Source of the DNA: Anaeramoeba ignava BMAN
Lineage: Eukaryota > Protista > Anaeramoebae
DNA: 64,000 nt
Assembly (NCBI GenBank): GCA_028826165.1
Contig: JAPDFW010000095.1
Location: 1-64,000, forward strand
Direction of reading: 5' to 3'
Within the stretch, counting starts at the first letter, position 1. Every line of letters begins with the position of its first letter. The notes under the pieces were generated by a model. That model made no database searches. It saw only the letters and a program-made list of their open reading frames with translations, and was not told the DNA's origin. Shown here in pieces: positions 1-12,709 of this stretch. The translations under genes were made by a program, and so were the position numbers.

Positions 1-3000
1 TTTTAATCAAATATTTAATTACTTCTAATGAATTCACATTGATATTTTGACAAAAAATATGTAAAGGAGTTTCTTTTTGGTTGTTTTTTTCATTAATATT
101 GATTCCATTTTCAATCAAATATTTAATTACTTCTAATGAATTCCCATTGATATTTTGACAAACAAAGTGTAAATTAGTTTCTTTTTTGTTGTTTTTTTCA
201 TCAATATTGATTCCTTTTTCAATCAAATATTTAATTACTTCTAATGAATTCCCATTGATATTTTGACAAGCAAAGTGTAAATTAGTTTCTTTTTTGTTGT
301 TTTTTTCATTAATATTGATTCCATTTTCAATCATATATTTAATTACTTCTAATGAATTCCCATTGATATTTTGACAAGCAAAATGTAAAGGAGTTTCTTT
401 TTGGTTGTTTTTTTCATTAATATCTATTCCTTTTTTAATTAGATATTTAATAACTTTTAATGAATTTTGATTGATATTTTGACAAATAATATGCAAAGGT
501 GTTTCTCCATTTTTTGTTTTTAATTCAATATTTGCTTCATTTCTAAGTAAAAATTTGATAATCTTCAATAAATTTGGATTTTGGGTTTTACAAGCAATAT
601 GTAATGGAGTTTCATTATTTTTGTTTTTTGAATTTATTTTGATTGATTTGCTAATTAAATATTTAATAGTATTAATTAAGTTAGGATTTTGACTTTGACA
701 AACTAAATGCAATAAAGTTTCTTCATTGTTTGTGGATTTGAAGTTTGCACCTTTATTAAATAAAATTTCCATAAAACCAAGCACGCTTCTATTTTGATTT
801 TCATTTTGATTTTCATTTTCATTTTGATTTTCATTTTGATTTTCATTCAAATAATCTATAATTTGATCCAAATTTGTCTTGAAAAAAGAATGTAAAGGAG
901 TTTCATTATTTGAGTTTTTGAATTAATATTTGCTCCTTTATGAATTAATAATTCAACAATTTCTTGTAAATTATTTTGACAAGCAATATGTAAAGGAGTT
1001 TCACCATCTTTGTTCTTTTCATTAATTTTAGTACCTTTATTGTTAATTAATAATTCAACAATTTCTTTTAAATTATTTTGACAAGCAATATGTAAAGGAG
1101 TTTCACCATCTTTGTTCTTTTCATTAATTTTAGTACCTTTATGATTAATTATTAATTCAACATTTGTGGCTGGATATTTTTTTTTGCAAGAAATATGTAA
1201 AACTGTATCTCCATCATTATTTTTGGAATTAATATCTATTCCTTTTTTAATAAGAATTCGTGCAACATCAAAATTTTCAGTGCTTTTGAAAGTAATATGA
1301 AAAGCATTATCACCATCTTTGTTTTTTTCATCAATATTTATCCTTTTATTTTCAAGTAATAATTGAACAATTTCCTTGAAATTATTTTGACAAGCAATAT
1401 GTAAAGGAGTTTCTTCATTTTTGTTTTTTATATTAGCATTTATTCCTTCTTTTTCAATTAATAATTGAACAATTTCCTTTGAAATTATTTTGACAAGCAA
1501 TATGTAAAGAAGTTTCTTCATTTTTGTTTTTTTCATTAACACTTATTCCTTCTTTTCCAATTAATAATTGAACAATTTCCTTGAAATTATTTTGACAAGC
1601 AATATGTAAAGGAGTTTCTTGTTTTTTGTTTTTTATATTAGCATCTATTCCTTCTTTTTCAATTAATAATTGAACAATTTCCTTTGAATTATTTTGACAA
1701 GCAATATGTAAAGGAGTTTCACCATTTTTTTTTACATTAACATTTATTCCTTCTCTTCCAATTAATAATTGAACAATTTCTTTTAAATTATTTTGACAAG
1801 CAATATGTAAAGGAGTTTCTTGTTTTTTGTTTTTTTCATCAATATCTATCCCTTCTTTTTCAAGTAATAATTCAGCAATTTCTTTTAAATTATTTTGACA
1901 AGCAATATGTAAAGGAGTTTCTTGTTTTTTGTTTTTTTCATCAATCTCTATCCCTTCTTTTTCAAGTAATAATTCAACAATTTCTTTTGAAATTATTTTG
2001 ACAAACAATATGTAAAGGAGTTTCTTTGTTTGTGTTTTTTTCATTCACATATATTCCTTCTTTTTCAAGTAATAATTCAACAATTTCTTTGAAATTATTT
2101 TGACAAGCAATATGTAAAGGAGTTTCTTGTTTTTTGTTTTTTTCATCAACCTCTATCCCTTCTTTTTCAAGTAATAATTCGACAATTTCTTTTAAATTAT
2201 TTTGACAAGCAATATGTAAAGGAGTTTCATTATTTTTGTTTTTTTCATTAATATCTATTCCTTCTTTTCCAAGAAGTAACTTAGAAATATCCAATGATTT
2301 GTTTTTCAAAGCAATATGTAAAGGAGTTTCATCATCTTTGTTTGTTGAATTAATATACATTCCTTCTTTTTCAAGTAATAATTGAATAATTTCTACTGGA
2401 TAATTATTTTGACAAGCAATATGTAAAACAGTTTCACTATACAAGCTTATTGATTTAAAATTTGTTCCTTTTTCAAGTAATAATTGAATAATTTCTACTG
2501 GATAATTGTTTTTCAAGGCAATATGTAAAGGAGTTTCATTATAATTGTTTGTTGAATTAAAATTTTTTCCTTTTTCAATTAGTAATTGAATAATTTCTAC
2601 TGGAAATTTGTTTTTCAAAGCAATATGTAAAGGAGTTTCATCATCTTTGTTTGTTGAATTAATATTTATTCCTTCTTTTCCAAGCAATAATTCAACAATT
2701 TCTTTTAAATTATTTTGACAAGCAATATGTAAAGAAGTTTCTTGTTTTTTGTTTGTTGAATTGATATTTATTCCTTCTTTTCCAAGTAAAAACTTAATAA
2801 TATCCAATGATTTATTTCGACAAGCAATATGTAAAATAGTTTCATCATCTGTATTTTTTTCATTAATATTTATTCCTTCTTTTCCAAGTAAAAACTTAAT
2901 AATATCCAATGATTTATTTCGACAAGCAACATGTAAAACAGTTTCATCATCTTTGTTTGTTGAATTGATATTTATTCCTTTTTCAAGTAAGAACTCAACC

Positions 3001-3722
3001 ATTTCTGGAAAGTTTTTTTGTTCAAATTGGTGTTTGCAAACTAAATGTAAAAGATTTTCATTTTCATATTCTTTGTTCACTTCATTGATATTCGCTCCTT
3101 TTTCAATTAAATACTTAATAATTTCAAATACATTCTCATGTTTTTGATGTTGAAAAACCAAATGTAAGGCTGTTTGATGGTTTACAATTTCATTGATTTG
3201 TATTCTCTTTTCAACTAATAATTTAATAATTTCAAATACATTCTCATGTTTTTGATGTTGACAAACCAAATGTAAAGCTGTGTTTTTTTTTGTTTTAGTC
3301 TTGATACTTGCTCCTTTTTCAATCAATAATTTGATAATTTGAAATGAATTTGGATTTTCATTATTTTGACAAGCAAAATGTAAAGCAGTTTGGTCTTCAT
3401 CTGTTTTAGAATTGATATCTACTCCATTTTCAATTAAAAACTGGATAATTTGGAATGAATTTGTATTTTTATTATTTTGACAAGCAAAATGTAAAGCAGT
3501 TTGATTTTCATCTGTTTTAGAATTAATATCTACTCCTTTTTCAATTAGTGATTTAATAATCTCAATTGTATTTTCTGTTTCATTTTGACAAGCTTCATAA
3601 AGTTGATCGATTTGTTGATCTTTTTTATATTTCCAAGTGCTTTTTTTCTTCTTTTGATTGTATTTTCCTCTTCTTCTTTGATTGTATTTTCTTCTTTGAT
3701 TGTTTTGTCCTTTTCGATTCAT
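1..3722 (-). CDS. Long ankyrin-repeat protein (frameshifted in this assembly; 3' end runs off the window)
   Basis: ORFs 1974-3722, 1454-2044 and 856-1542 are consecutive runs of ETPLHIACQNN..EIVELLLEKEG ankyrin repeats, joined by 1-nt shifts near 1985, 1478 and 910. Ankyrin coding (ETPLHFACQNINGNSLEVIKYLIENG) continues on the minus strand down to base 1. Confidence 0.85.
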
Positions 3723-3956
3723 TAGTTTTTTTTGTTGTTTTTTTTTTAAAAATAAAAGATAAAAATAAAAGATAAAAGATAATAAAAGATAAAAAATGAA
3801 TTTAAAAAATATTATTTTTTTTTACTTTTAAATTTAATAACAAACAAAAGTAGACAAGTTTTTTTCTTTTTAAAAAAAATAAAAAAAGTGGATAGTTTAA
3901 AAAATATTTAAAGGAGAAAAAAAAAAGAGAAAAGGAGAAATTTATTTCTTATTTAT

Positions 3957-6250
3957 TTATTTTTTCTTTTTTCCATATTTTTTTTGATAATCATCATATT
4001 CTTTTGGAGGAAATCTTAATTTAATAATTTCTTCTTTATCTTCTTTTGTTAATTTTTTAAAATCATTTCTTTTTGAAAATTTTAAGAAATTTCTTCCCAT
4101 TTCCCAATAACAAAATCTTTTTAAAAATTCTGAATTTGTATTTTTAGAAATATGAAGAGCTTGAATAATTATTTCATGATTTAATGTTTGAGATAAATTT
4201 AGTTGAGCCAAACGTTTGAGTCTTTCAATCTGGAAATAATCACTTAAAATCATTAATTCTAATATTGTTTTGTTTGATTTGGAAATGAAATTTTGATTAT
4301 TTTCTCGAATTGCAAGATCAATATTTGGAGGAATAAATCGATCTGAATAAATATATTCTAAAATCATAAATAATGATTCAACTCCAATATCTTCGAAAAT
4401 AACTTCTTTTTGAATATTTTCTTTCATTTGATGTTGTGAAAGTGATTTGAAATAATCACATCTTTGAGTTAATATTGATAAATGAGCTTTTACAATTTCT
4501 TTTTTATTTTCTTCACATCCAATAATAGAAAAATCACTAAATGAACCTGAACGAATAAGTTTAGCGAAAGAATTTTTCATAAAATCAATTTCTAATGTTA
4601 GCAAACCTTCAATTCTTTGGTCATATGTAAGTTTTTGATTTTGATTTTCGATTTGATTTTGATTTTGATTTTGATTTTCAATTTGATTTTGATTTTGATT
4701 TTGATTTTGATTTTGATTTTGATTTTGAATTTGATTTTCATTTTGATTTTGATTTTGATTTTGATTTTGATTTTGATTTTGATTTTGATTTTGATTTTGA
4801 TTTTGATTTTGATTTTCAATTTGATTTTCAATTTGATTTTCAATTTGATTTTGATTTTGATTTTGATTTTGATTTTGATTTTGATTTTGATTTTGATTTT
4901 GATTTTGATTTTGATTTGGTTGAGTTTTTTGAAGAATATTTTTCATTATTAAATTTAATCTTTTAACTTGAAATAAATCAGAAATGGATAATATTTGCAT
5001 AACTAATTCTTGATTTTCCATAATTTTTTCATCAATCATTCCACAATAAATATACTTAATCATATTATAAAAAGGAATATAAGGATATTCAACATAAATT
5101 TGAACTTGATTTGTAGAAAGATTATATTTTGTTTGATTTTGATTTTGATTTTGATTTTGATTTTGATTTTGATTTTGATTTTGATTTTCAATTTGATTTT
5201 GATTTTGATTTTCAATTTGATTTTGATTTTGATTAGAATCTTTTTTTCTAATTTTCATAAAATATTTTTGACAAAACTCTTCTAAATCATTTGAATCATC
5301 TTCGAATTTATCAATTAATTGTTTAAAAACTTCATTTCTTGAATATAAAATAATTCTATGAGCATAAATTGAATGATTTTCATTTTGATTTTGATTTAGA
5401 TTAAAGTTGATTATAAACTCAACATCTGAAAATGTTTTATCATTCATCATTTTAAAAAAATCATGTTGATAAGTACTTGGAATTAATTCTAATGTTGGTT
5501 TTGGAAAAGGATCAGGTAATTTTGGTTCTTTTGGTTTTTCTTTTTTAGTGAAAAATTTTCCAAAAAAATTTTTCTTTTTTTTTTCAATTTGAGGTTCTTT
5601 TAGTTTTCTTTTTATAATAGAATCACGAGCTGAAATAAAAAAACATTCATCAACATTATCACGAGTTAAAACTGAAATTTCAATGAATAACATTTGATTT
5701 TCATTTGCAAAATTTTGGAGTTCTTGAGTTGAAAAAGTTCTTTGATTTTCTCGATCGATTTTATTAGCAACTAAAATAACTGTTATTGAATTGAAATCTT
5801 CAATATCTTTATATCTTTTGATTTTGAGAATAAGATTTCTAATTTCATCAAAATTAGGATTTTGTTGATTAATTGCAATAACAATCATAAAAATTTGAGC
5901 GTGTTGATAATAATTTCTTTCATTAAAATTAAATTCTTGAAAATCATCATAAAAACAAACATCAAAAACATGTTTTCATCATCATCATCATCAACAGAAA
6001 CTATTTTTCTCATTGAATCTTCATGAATAAACCAATCCCAAGCACTTTTTTAAAATTCATTTAAAATTCGATTTAAAATTGATTTTGAAATTTAAATTAT
6101 AATTCATTTTGAAATTCATTTTAAAATTAAATTTAAAATTATTTACTCATCAACAAAATAATCATTAACAAAACGAAGAATTAAACTTTTTCTTCCAGAA
6201 CCTGGAATACCAATAACTAAACAAGGAAATTCAAAATATTTTTGATTCAT
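3957..6250 (-). CDS. RhoBTB-like protein: degenerate Ras-like GTPase domain plus two BTB/POZ domains with N/Q tracts
   Basis: ATG at 6250 gives MNQKYFEFPCLVIGIPGSGRKSLILRFV (P-loop-like). There is a GT-AG intron at about 6045-6146 and a 1-nt shift near 5975. Later motifs are ILVANKID (G4) and EISV (G5), then BTB motifs FSDVEF..IYAHRIILYSR and FSDFSII..KAHLSILTQRCDYF. Confidence 0.8.
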
Positions 6251-6439
6251 GTGAATAAAAAAAAAAGAAAAATGAAAAGAAATTTTTTGAATTCATTTAA
6301 ATTGTATTTTTGAATTTATTTAAATTTTATTTTTGAATTTATTTAAATTTTATTTTTGAATTTATTTAAATTTTATTTTTTGAATTTATTTAAATTTTAT
6401 TTTTGAATTTATTCTTGATTTTAAATTTAAATTTAAATT

Positions 6440-9400
6440 TTAATCAATTTTCAAAATCTTCTTAATCTTAATAACTAAAAGCCAATTATCTCTTGGCATT
6501 TCAGGAGATTTTTCACCATAACGTTCCTTCAAAGCATCAATAGATTTTCTTGACAAACGGGAATACAATTTATGAGAAGAATCAAAATGACGACCATACA
6601 TATAAGAAGTTTCTGAATGTTGAGACATGATCTTAATAGAAACACTTGATCCTTTATCAGCTTGATGAACAGGAGCTCTTTCTTTTTCAATAGAAATAAC
6701 GCGACCCAAATAGATGGAGTTATTTTCATCCAAATTAGCAACAATTGGGGTTCCGATTCGCAGGGATCCTTCTTCAATATCAACGCCCATAATGATCGGG
6801 TCTTTTGTGTTGAAAATATAGTCTGAAATAATTGATAGTTGACAAGGAAATACGATTTCGGTTGAAAGTTTGTTTTCCTTCTCGCGTTGAAGTTGTTCCA
6901 TATAAAGCTTGAACTGGTCAAAAAGATGATAAATAATGTCTGCTGTGAAAATTTTCACCCCGCGTTTCTGGGCAAGTTCCCGCGCTTCGGGCATAACTTT
7001 GACATCGAACGCGAGAATGATTGCGTATTCTTTCTGTTTTTCAATCATGATTGAGATTTTCTCAACGTCTTTCTTGTGAACCGGTCCGATATTGATTCCG
7101 GAAACCGGGATTTTACTTTCGCGAAGAAATTCAAGAAGCGCCTCCAACGCGCCAAGTGTTGATGACTGGACATAAACTCCTTTTCCGGATTTGTCAACGG
7201 AAGAAAGCATGATGTTGAAATCTTTCATGACTTCCTGTTTTAGAAATTCAAGTTCATCCGGATCGTTCGGGTTTTTGGGGATAAGAAGAGGTGATCCTGG
7301 AACTGCAAATTCCAGCTTGGCCGCAGCGATTTTGCATCCTTGAGCGGCTTTGAGTTGTGTGTGGTGCATGTATTCTGATTTGATTCGTAATTCCTTCAAT
7401 GGCTGCGGAGTCAGAAGTGCGCGGATTGTTGTGACTATTGCGCCTTCTCTTCCGCAGATCACAATTGTGTCGCCTTGATTTAAAACGCCATTTGCTAAAA
7501 TAACGTCGATTGTTGTCCCTAATCCGTCAATGATTTTCACCTCCAATACTGTGCATTGGAGTTCTGATAAATACCGCAATGTCTTGCTCATACGTTTCTG
7601 TGTGATCTGCACAAGAAGCATCAGCAGATCTGGGATTCCTTCGCCTGTGATTGCTGATGTAGGCACAAGCGAGACGTATTTTCGGATGTTCGGGTTGTTA
7701 TAATACAACTCTGCATTCAAAGCTTCTTCGTTAAATGCGGTGATAGTGTCTTTCAGTTTTTTCTGGAAATGATCCTTGGTGTTCCGTCCTTGTTTGCGCA
7801 ATGATTGCTTGAAATCTGACCATGGATTAGCCTTCCAATCCGTCAGTCGATCAATCTTGTTCAGCGCAACAACGAAAGGTGTCTTTCGCTTCCGCAGAAG
7901 ATTTATTGATTCCTTTGTCTGTGGTTCTAATCCGTGATGGATATCCACAACCAAAATTGCAATATCGCAAAGGGAACTTCCACGACTCCGCAGATTCGCG
8001 AAAGACTCATGTCCTGGTGTGTCGATGATTAACAGCCCAGGGAGATCATATGTGTACTTGTTTTGCTTGTTTAGAGATTTTGTCTGTTTTTTAATTGTTT
8101 CGATCGGGAAATATGTTGCTCCGATTTGTTGCGTTATCCCGCCAACTTCTCCGTCTTGAACTTTGGAGTGTCGGATTTTATCAAGTAGTTTTGTGTTGTG
8201 TGTTACTGTGAAATCCCCGAGTAAAAATCGGTTGTTATGATCAATTATAAAACCGTAATAATCGCCGTATTTTGTTTTTTCAACTTTGAATGCGTAGGTT
8301 TGTATTCGTTTTTCTTCTTCTTCGATATTACTTTTTCCAATAATAACTGTGTAATTTCTTTCGCATATTTCTGGTGTTTCTAGATTTTCACTCTTTGTTT
8401 GCTCCATTGTTGAATGCAATCCTAATGAACGACTCAGATAAACAACATCCTCTGCGAATTTTTCTCTTAAACCGCCAATTATATATTTTCCTTCTTCTTC
8501 AACTCCCTTTGTTTCCAAAATTCCTTTCAGCAATTCACTTCTTGTTTGTTTTGTGTTGCATTTTAATTCATATGGAATTGAGTCTTGGTGATCTTTGTGG
8601 TATTTTGCGAAGTTGCTAATAAATTTCTGATCTTCCATTTTCTTTGTTTCTAAATAGTTTTTTCCTGTTAAATAATTTGCTGCTAAATAATTCCCTGCCT
8701 TTTTTGGGTTGTGGTAGATTTTCTGAGGTGCAAATTCCGCAGATACTTTGTATGAATAATAGTATTCTTTCCATTTTTCAGATTTTCGGAGATATTCCTC
8801 AATTGAGATATCAATAGTATCTCCGATTTTATTTCCTTTTTTTTGTTTTTGCTTTACAAAATCATTGAGTTGTGATTCCATTTCTTGTGTAAATTCTTTG
8901 CTTTTCAAATGGTGATTTTCAAGCCAAAAAACAGTTCTAATTTGGCTATTTTCTTCGTTTTGAATTTCTATTGGCTCTTTTGAAACTACTAAAGTGAGAA
9001 TATGTTCTTTATTTGCCTCAAATGATTCCTTCAAAGTGTTTGTAATTTTGAACAATTGATCATATCCTTTGTTTATTGATATGACCTTTCTTGGAGTTTC
9101 ATCATCTCCCATAAGAAGATCACCTGGTTTTATATTTTGCACTTTTTCAATTTTACCATTTGCAAGAAGAATTTTTGTATCGCGTGCTAAGCATTTTCCT
9201 GTGTCAACATGTCCCAAAATGACGCAAATTGGGGAACGAAGATTTTGTGATTGATTACTAGAATCACCTTTTGATATCGGTTTTGTTTTGGCTTGTGGCA
9301 TAGATTGGGGAAGTTGATTTGATGATGAAGTTTTATCGTTATCCTTTTCCTTTTCCTTTTCACTTTTCATTTTCGTTTTCATTATTTTCATCTTCATTTT

Positions 9401-11914
9401 CATTTTCTTTATTTTCATCTTCATTTTCATCTTCATTTTCATTTAATTCGGGTTCATCAACTAATAGCATTTCCCAACTTTCAACCACAGTATCTTGAGG
9501 TTGTTCTTCTTTTTTATCATTAACGTTATCATTTTCTTCAATTTCTTTTTGATTTTCATTTTCTTCAATTTTTTGTTCATTTTCATTTTCTTCAATTTTT
9601 TGTTCATTTTCTTTTTGTTCAATTTCTTTTTGTTCAATTTCTTTTTGTTCAATTTCTTTTTCTTCAATTTGATTTTCTTGTTTTATTTTTTCTCTTTTTT
9701 CTCTTTCTAATTGTTTTTTTGTTTTCTTTTTTGGTTTCTTCTCTAGATTTAATGTTGGTGGAACTTCTGCAGGAATTAATCCTTGTTCAATTGCTTGTTT
9801 TTTGAATAAAAGATCTTTTTTTTTCTTCATTTCTTGTTTTTTTGATAAAATTAATCCTTTTTTGCGAAGTTCTTCTTTCTTTTTTCTTTTTTGTTCTTGT
9901 TTTTTCTTTTTGATTTCGAACTGTTTTTTTCTTTCAGCTTTTTCTTTTTTTTCTCTTTCTCTTTCTTGTTTTTCTAACTCAAGGATTCTTTGTTTTTCTT
10001 CTTCTTCTTCTTTTTGTCTTTGTAAAAATTCTCTTTGTTTTTTAAGAAGAGCTTTAGATGGTTTTTTTGTTTTGACTGGTTTTTTTTCTTCTTTTTTTTG
10101 TGGTTGTTGTTTTTTTTGTTCTTGATTTTGTTCTTTTTGATTTTGTTCTTTTTGATTTTGTTTTTCTTTTTGATTTTGTTCTTGTTGATTTTGTTCTTGT
10201 TGATTTTGTTCTTGTTGATTTTGTTCTTTTTGGTTTTGTTCTTTTTGATTTTGTTCTTTTTGATTTTGTTCTTTTTGATTTTGTTCTTTTTGATTTTGTT
10301 CTTTTTGATTTTGTTCTTTTTGATTTTGTTCTTTTTGATTTTGTTCTTGTTTTTGATTTTGTTTTTTTTGCTTTTGTTTTTGTTGTTTTTTTTGTTTTTG
10401 TTTTTTTTTGATTTGATTTTTTTTGATTTTTTTGTTTCTTTTTGATTTTGTTCTTTTGTTCTTCTTGTTTTGATTCTTTTTTTTTCTGGTTGTTGTTTTC
10501 TTTTTTGATTTTGTTCATTTTCAATTATTTCTTTTTGATTTTTGTTCCATAATTTTATCAAAATCTTCATCTTGATTTCTTTTTCCTTTTTCTTTTCCTT
10601 TTCCTTTTTGTTGTTGTTTTTGATTTTGATTTTGTTTTTGATTTTGATTTTGTTTTTTGATTTTGTTTTTGTTGATTTTGTTTTTGTTGATTTTGCTGTT
10701 TTGGTTCTTCTTGTTTTGATTCTTCTTTTTTATCATCTTCTTGTTTATCATCTTCTTTTTTATCATTTTCTTTTAATTCATTTTCAATTATTTCTTGATT
10801 TTCTTCCATAATTTTATCAAAATCTTCATCTTGATTTCTTCCTTTTCTTTTTCCTTTTCCTTTTTGATTTTGCTGTTTTTGTTTTTGTTTTTGTTTTTGT
10901 TGTTGATTTTGTTTTTGTGGTTGATTTTGTTTTTGATTTTGATTTTGATTTTGTTTTTGATTTTGTTTTTGTTGATTTTGTTTTTGTTGATTTTGCTGTT
11001 TTGGTTCTTCTTGTTTTGATTCTTCTTGTTTATTATCTTCATCTTTTTTTTTATCATCTTCTTTTTTATCATCTTCTTTTAATTCATTTTCAATTATTTC
11101 TTGATTTTCTTCCATAATTTTATCAAAATCTTCATCTTGATTTTTCCTTTTTCCTTTTTCCTTTTTCCTTTTTGTTGATTTTGTTTTTGATTTGTTGATT
11201 TTGTTTTTGTGGTTTGATTTTGTTTTTGATTTTGTTTTTGATTTTGTTTTTGATTTTGTTTTTGTTGTTGATTTTGTTTTTGATTTTGTTTTTGATTTTG
11301 TTTTTGATTTTGTTTTTGTTTTTGTTGATTTTGTTTTCTTGTTTATTCTTCTTGTTTATTATCTTCATCTTTTTTTTTATCATCTTCTTTTTTATCATCT
11401 TCTTTTAATTCATTTTCAATTATTTCTTGGTTTTCTTCCATAATTTTATCAAAATCTTCATCTTGATTTCTTCTTCCTTTTCTTTTTCCTTTTCCTTTTT
11501 GTTGTTGATTTTGTTTTTGATTTTGTTTTTGATTTTGTTTTTGGGTTGATTTTGTTTTTGATTTTGTTTTTGATTTTGTTTTTGTTGATTTTGCTGTTGC
11601 TGTTTTGATTCTTCTTGTTTATCTTCTTGTTTATTATCTTCATCTTTTTTATCATCTTCTTTTTTATCATTTTCTTTTAATTCATTTTCAATTATTTCTT
11701 GATTTTCTTCCATAATTTTATCAAAATCTTCATCTTGATTTCTTCTTCCTTTTCTTTTTCCTTTTCCTTTTTGTTGTTGATTTTGTTTTTGTGGTTGTTG
11801 TTGATTTTGTTGATTTGTTTCTGTTTCTTTTTGAGTTGTATCAGTTTCTGTATCTTTTTGTTGTTGTTTTCCTTTTTGAGATTTTTTATTTTTATTATTT
11901 CTTTTTGGTGGCAT
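6440..11914 (-). CDS. eIF5B: Translation initiation factor eIF5B (IF2), intein-containing; long K/E/Q-rich repetitive N-terminus broken by apparent frameshifts
   Basis: Motifs LRSPICVILGHVDTGK/TKLLDKIR, GGITQQIGATYFP, LIIDTPGHESFANLRSRGSSLCDIAILVVD, VALNKID, VPTSAITGEG and a C-terminal YGRHFD..LYSRLSRKSIDALKE. Upstream ORFs 9360-11914 form a contiguous charged N-terminus starting MPPKRNNK. Confidence 0.95.
8195..9193 (-). mobile_element. Intein (333 aa, class-1 Cys...His-Asn/Thr+1) with degenerate LAGLIDADG endonuclease region
   Basis: In-frame 999-nt insert between GHVDTGK and TKLLD. It starts CLARDTKILLANG (block A), contains ESFEANKEHILTL (block B His) and ends YYGFIIDHNNRFLLGDFTVTHN (blocks F/G), followed by Thr. 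The internal RSELLKGILETKG...FAEDVVYLSRSLGL resembles endonuclease blocks E/H. Confidence 0.97.
10500..11760 (-). repeat. Five tandem ~270-330-nt coding repeats in the eIF5B N-terminus
   Basis: The unit KGKGKRKGR.NQDEDFDKIMEENQEIIENELKE.DKKEDDK plus a Q/N/K tail recurs near 11730, 11460, 11135, 10830 and 10570 (last copy partly diverged). Confidence 0.85.
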
Positions 11915-12006
11915 TTATTAAAAATTAATTTTTCTAAAAAGAAAAATTGAAAAAAAAATGAAAATAAAAAAGAAAGAAAAAAATTTTTTTAATTTTTTTT
12001 TGATAG

Positions 12007-12016
12007 ATGACGTCAT
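12007..12016. promoter_or_regulatory. Perfect CRE/ATF-type palindrome ATGACGTCAT in the eIF5B/eIF3j divergent intergenic region
   Basis: Seen directly, 93 bp upstream of the eIF5B ATG, in otherwise almost CpG-free sequence. Function is inferred. Confidence 0.5.
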
Positions 12017-12709
12017 TTAAGTGAAAATTGAGTTTTTTATATTTTTTTTTTCATTTTTTTCCTTTTCATTTTTTTCTATTTTCTATTTTCACTTACTATT
12101 TTCTATTTTCACTTACTATTTTCAAGTTAATCATTTTTAAATTTATTTTTATTATAAATTTCAATTTAATTTCAATTAATTTAATTTTAATATAAATTTA
12201 ATATAAATTTAATATAAATTTAATATTCATTTTTTTCTATTTTCTATTTTCACTTACTATTTTCAAGTTAATCATTTTTAATTTAATTTTTAAATTTAAT
12301 TTAATTTTAATTTAATTAATAATTTCAATTTTATTTTAATTTTAATTTAATTTAATTTAAATTTAATTTAAATTTAAATTCATTTTTTTATTTTTATTTT
12401 AATTTATTAATTTAATTTCATTTTAAATTTATTTTTATTTAAATTTTAATTTAATTAATTTTAATTTAATTTAATTTTATTTTAATTAAATTTATTTCAA
12501 TTTAATTTAAATTAATTTTAATATTCATTTTTCTATTTTCTATTTTCACTTTCTATTTTCTATTTTCACTTACTATTTTCAAGTTAATCATTTTTAAATT
12601 TAATTTTATTTTAATATAATTTTAATTTAATTTAATTTCAATTTTAATTTTATTTTAATTAATAATTTTAATTTCAATTAAATTTAATTTAATTTAATTT
12701 AATCAGATT

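Noticed and set aside
8195-9193. Insert as a group I or spliceosomal intron, or a hedgehog-type Hint domain
   Set aside because: It is an open in-frame insert with both intein termini, no GT-AG ends, and exteins that rejoin into a canonical P-loop.
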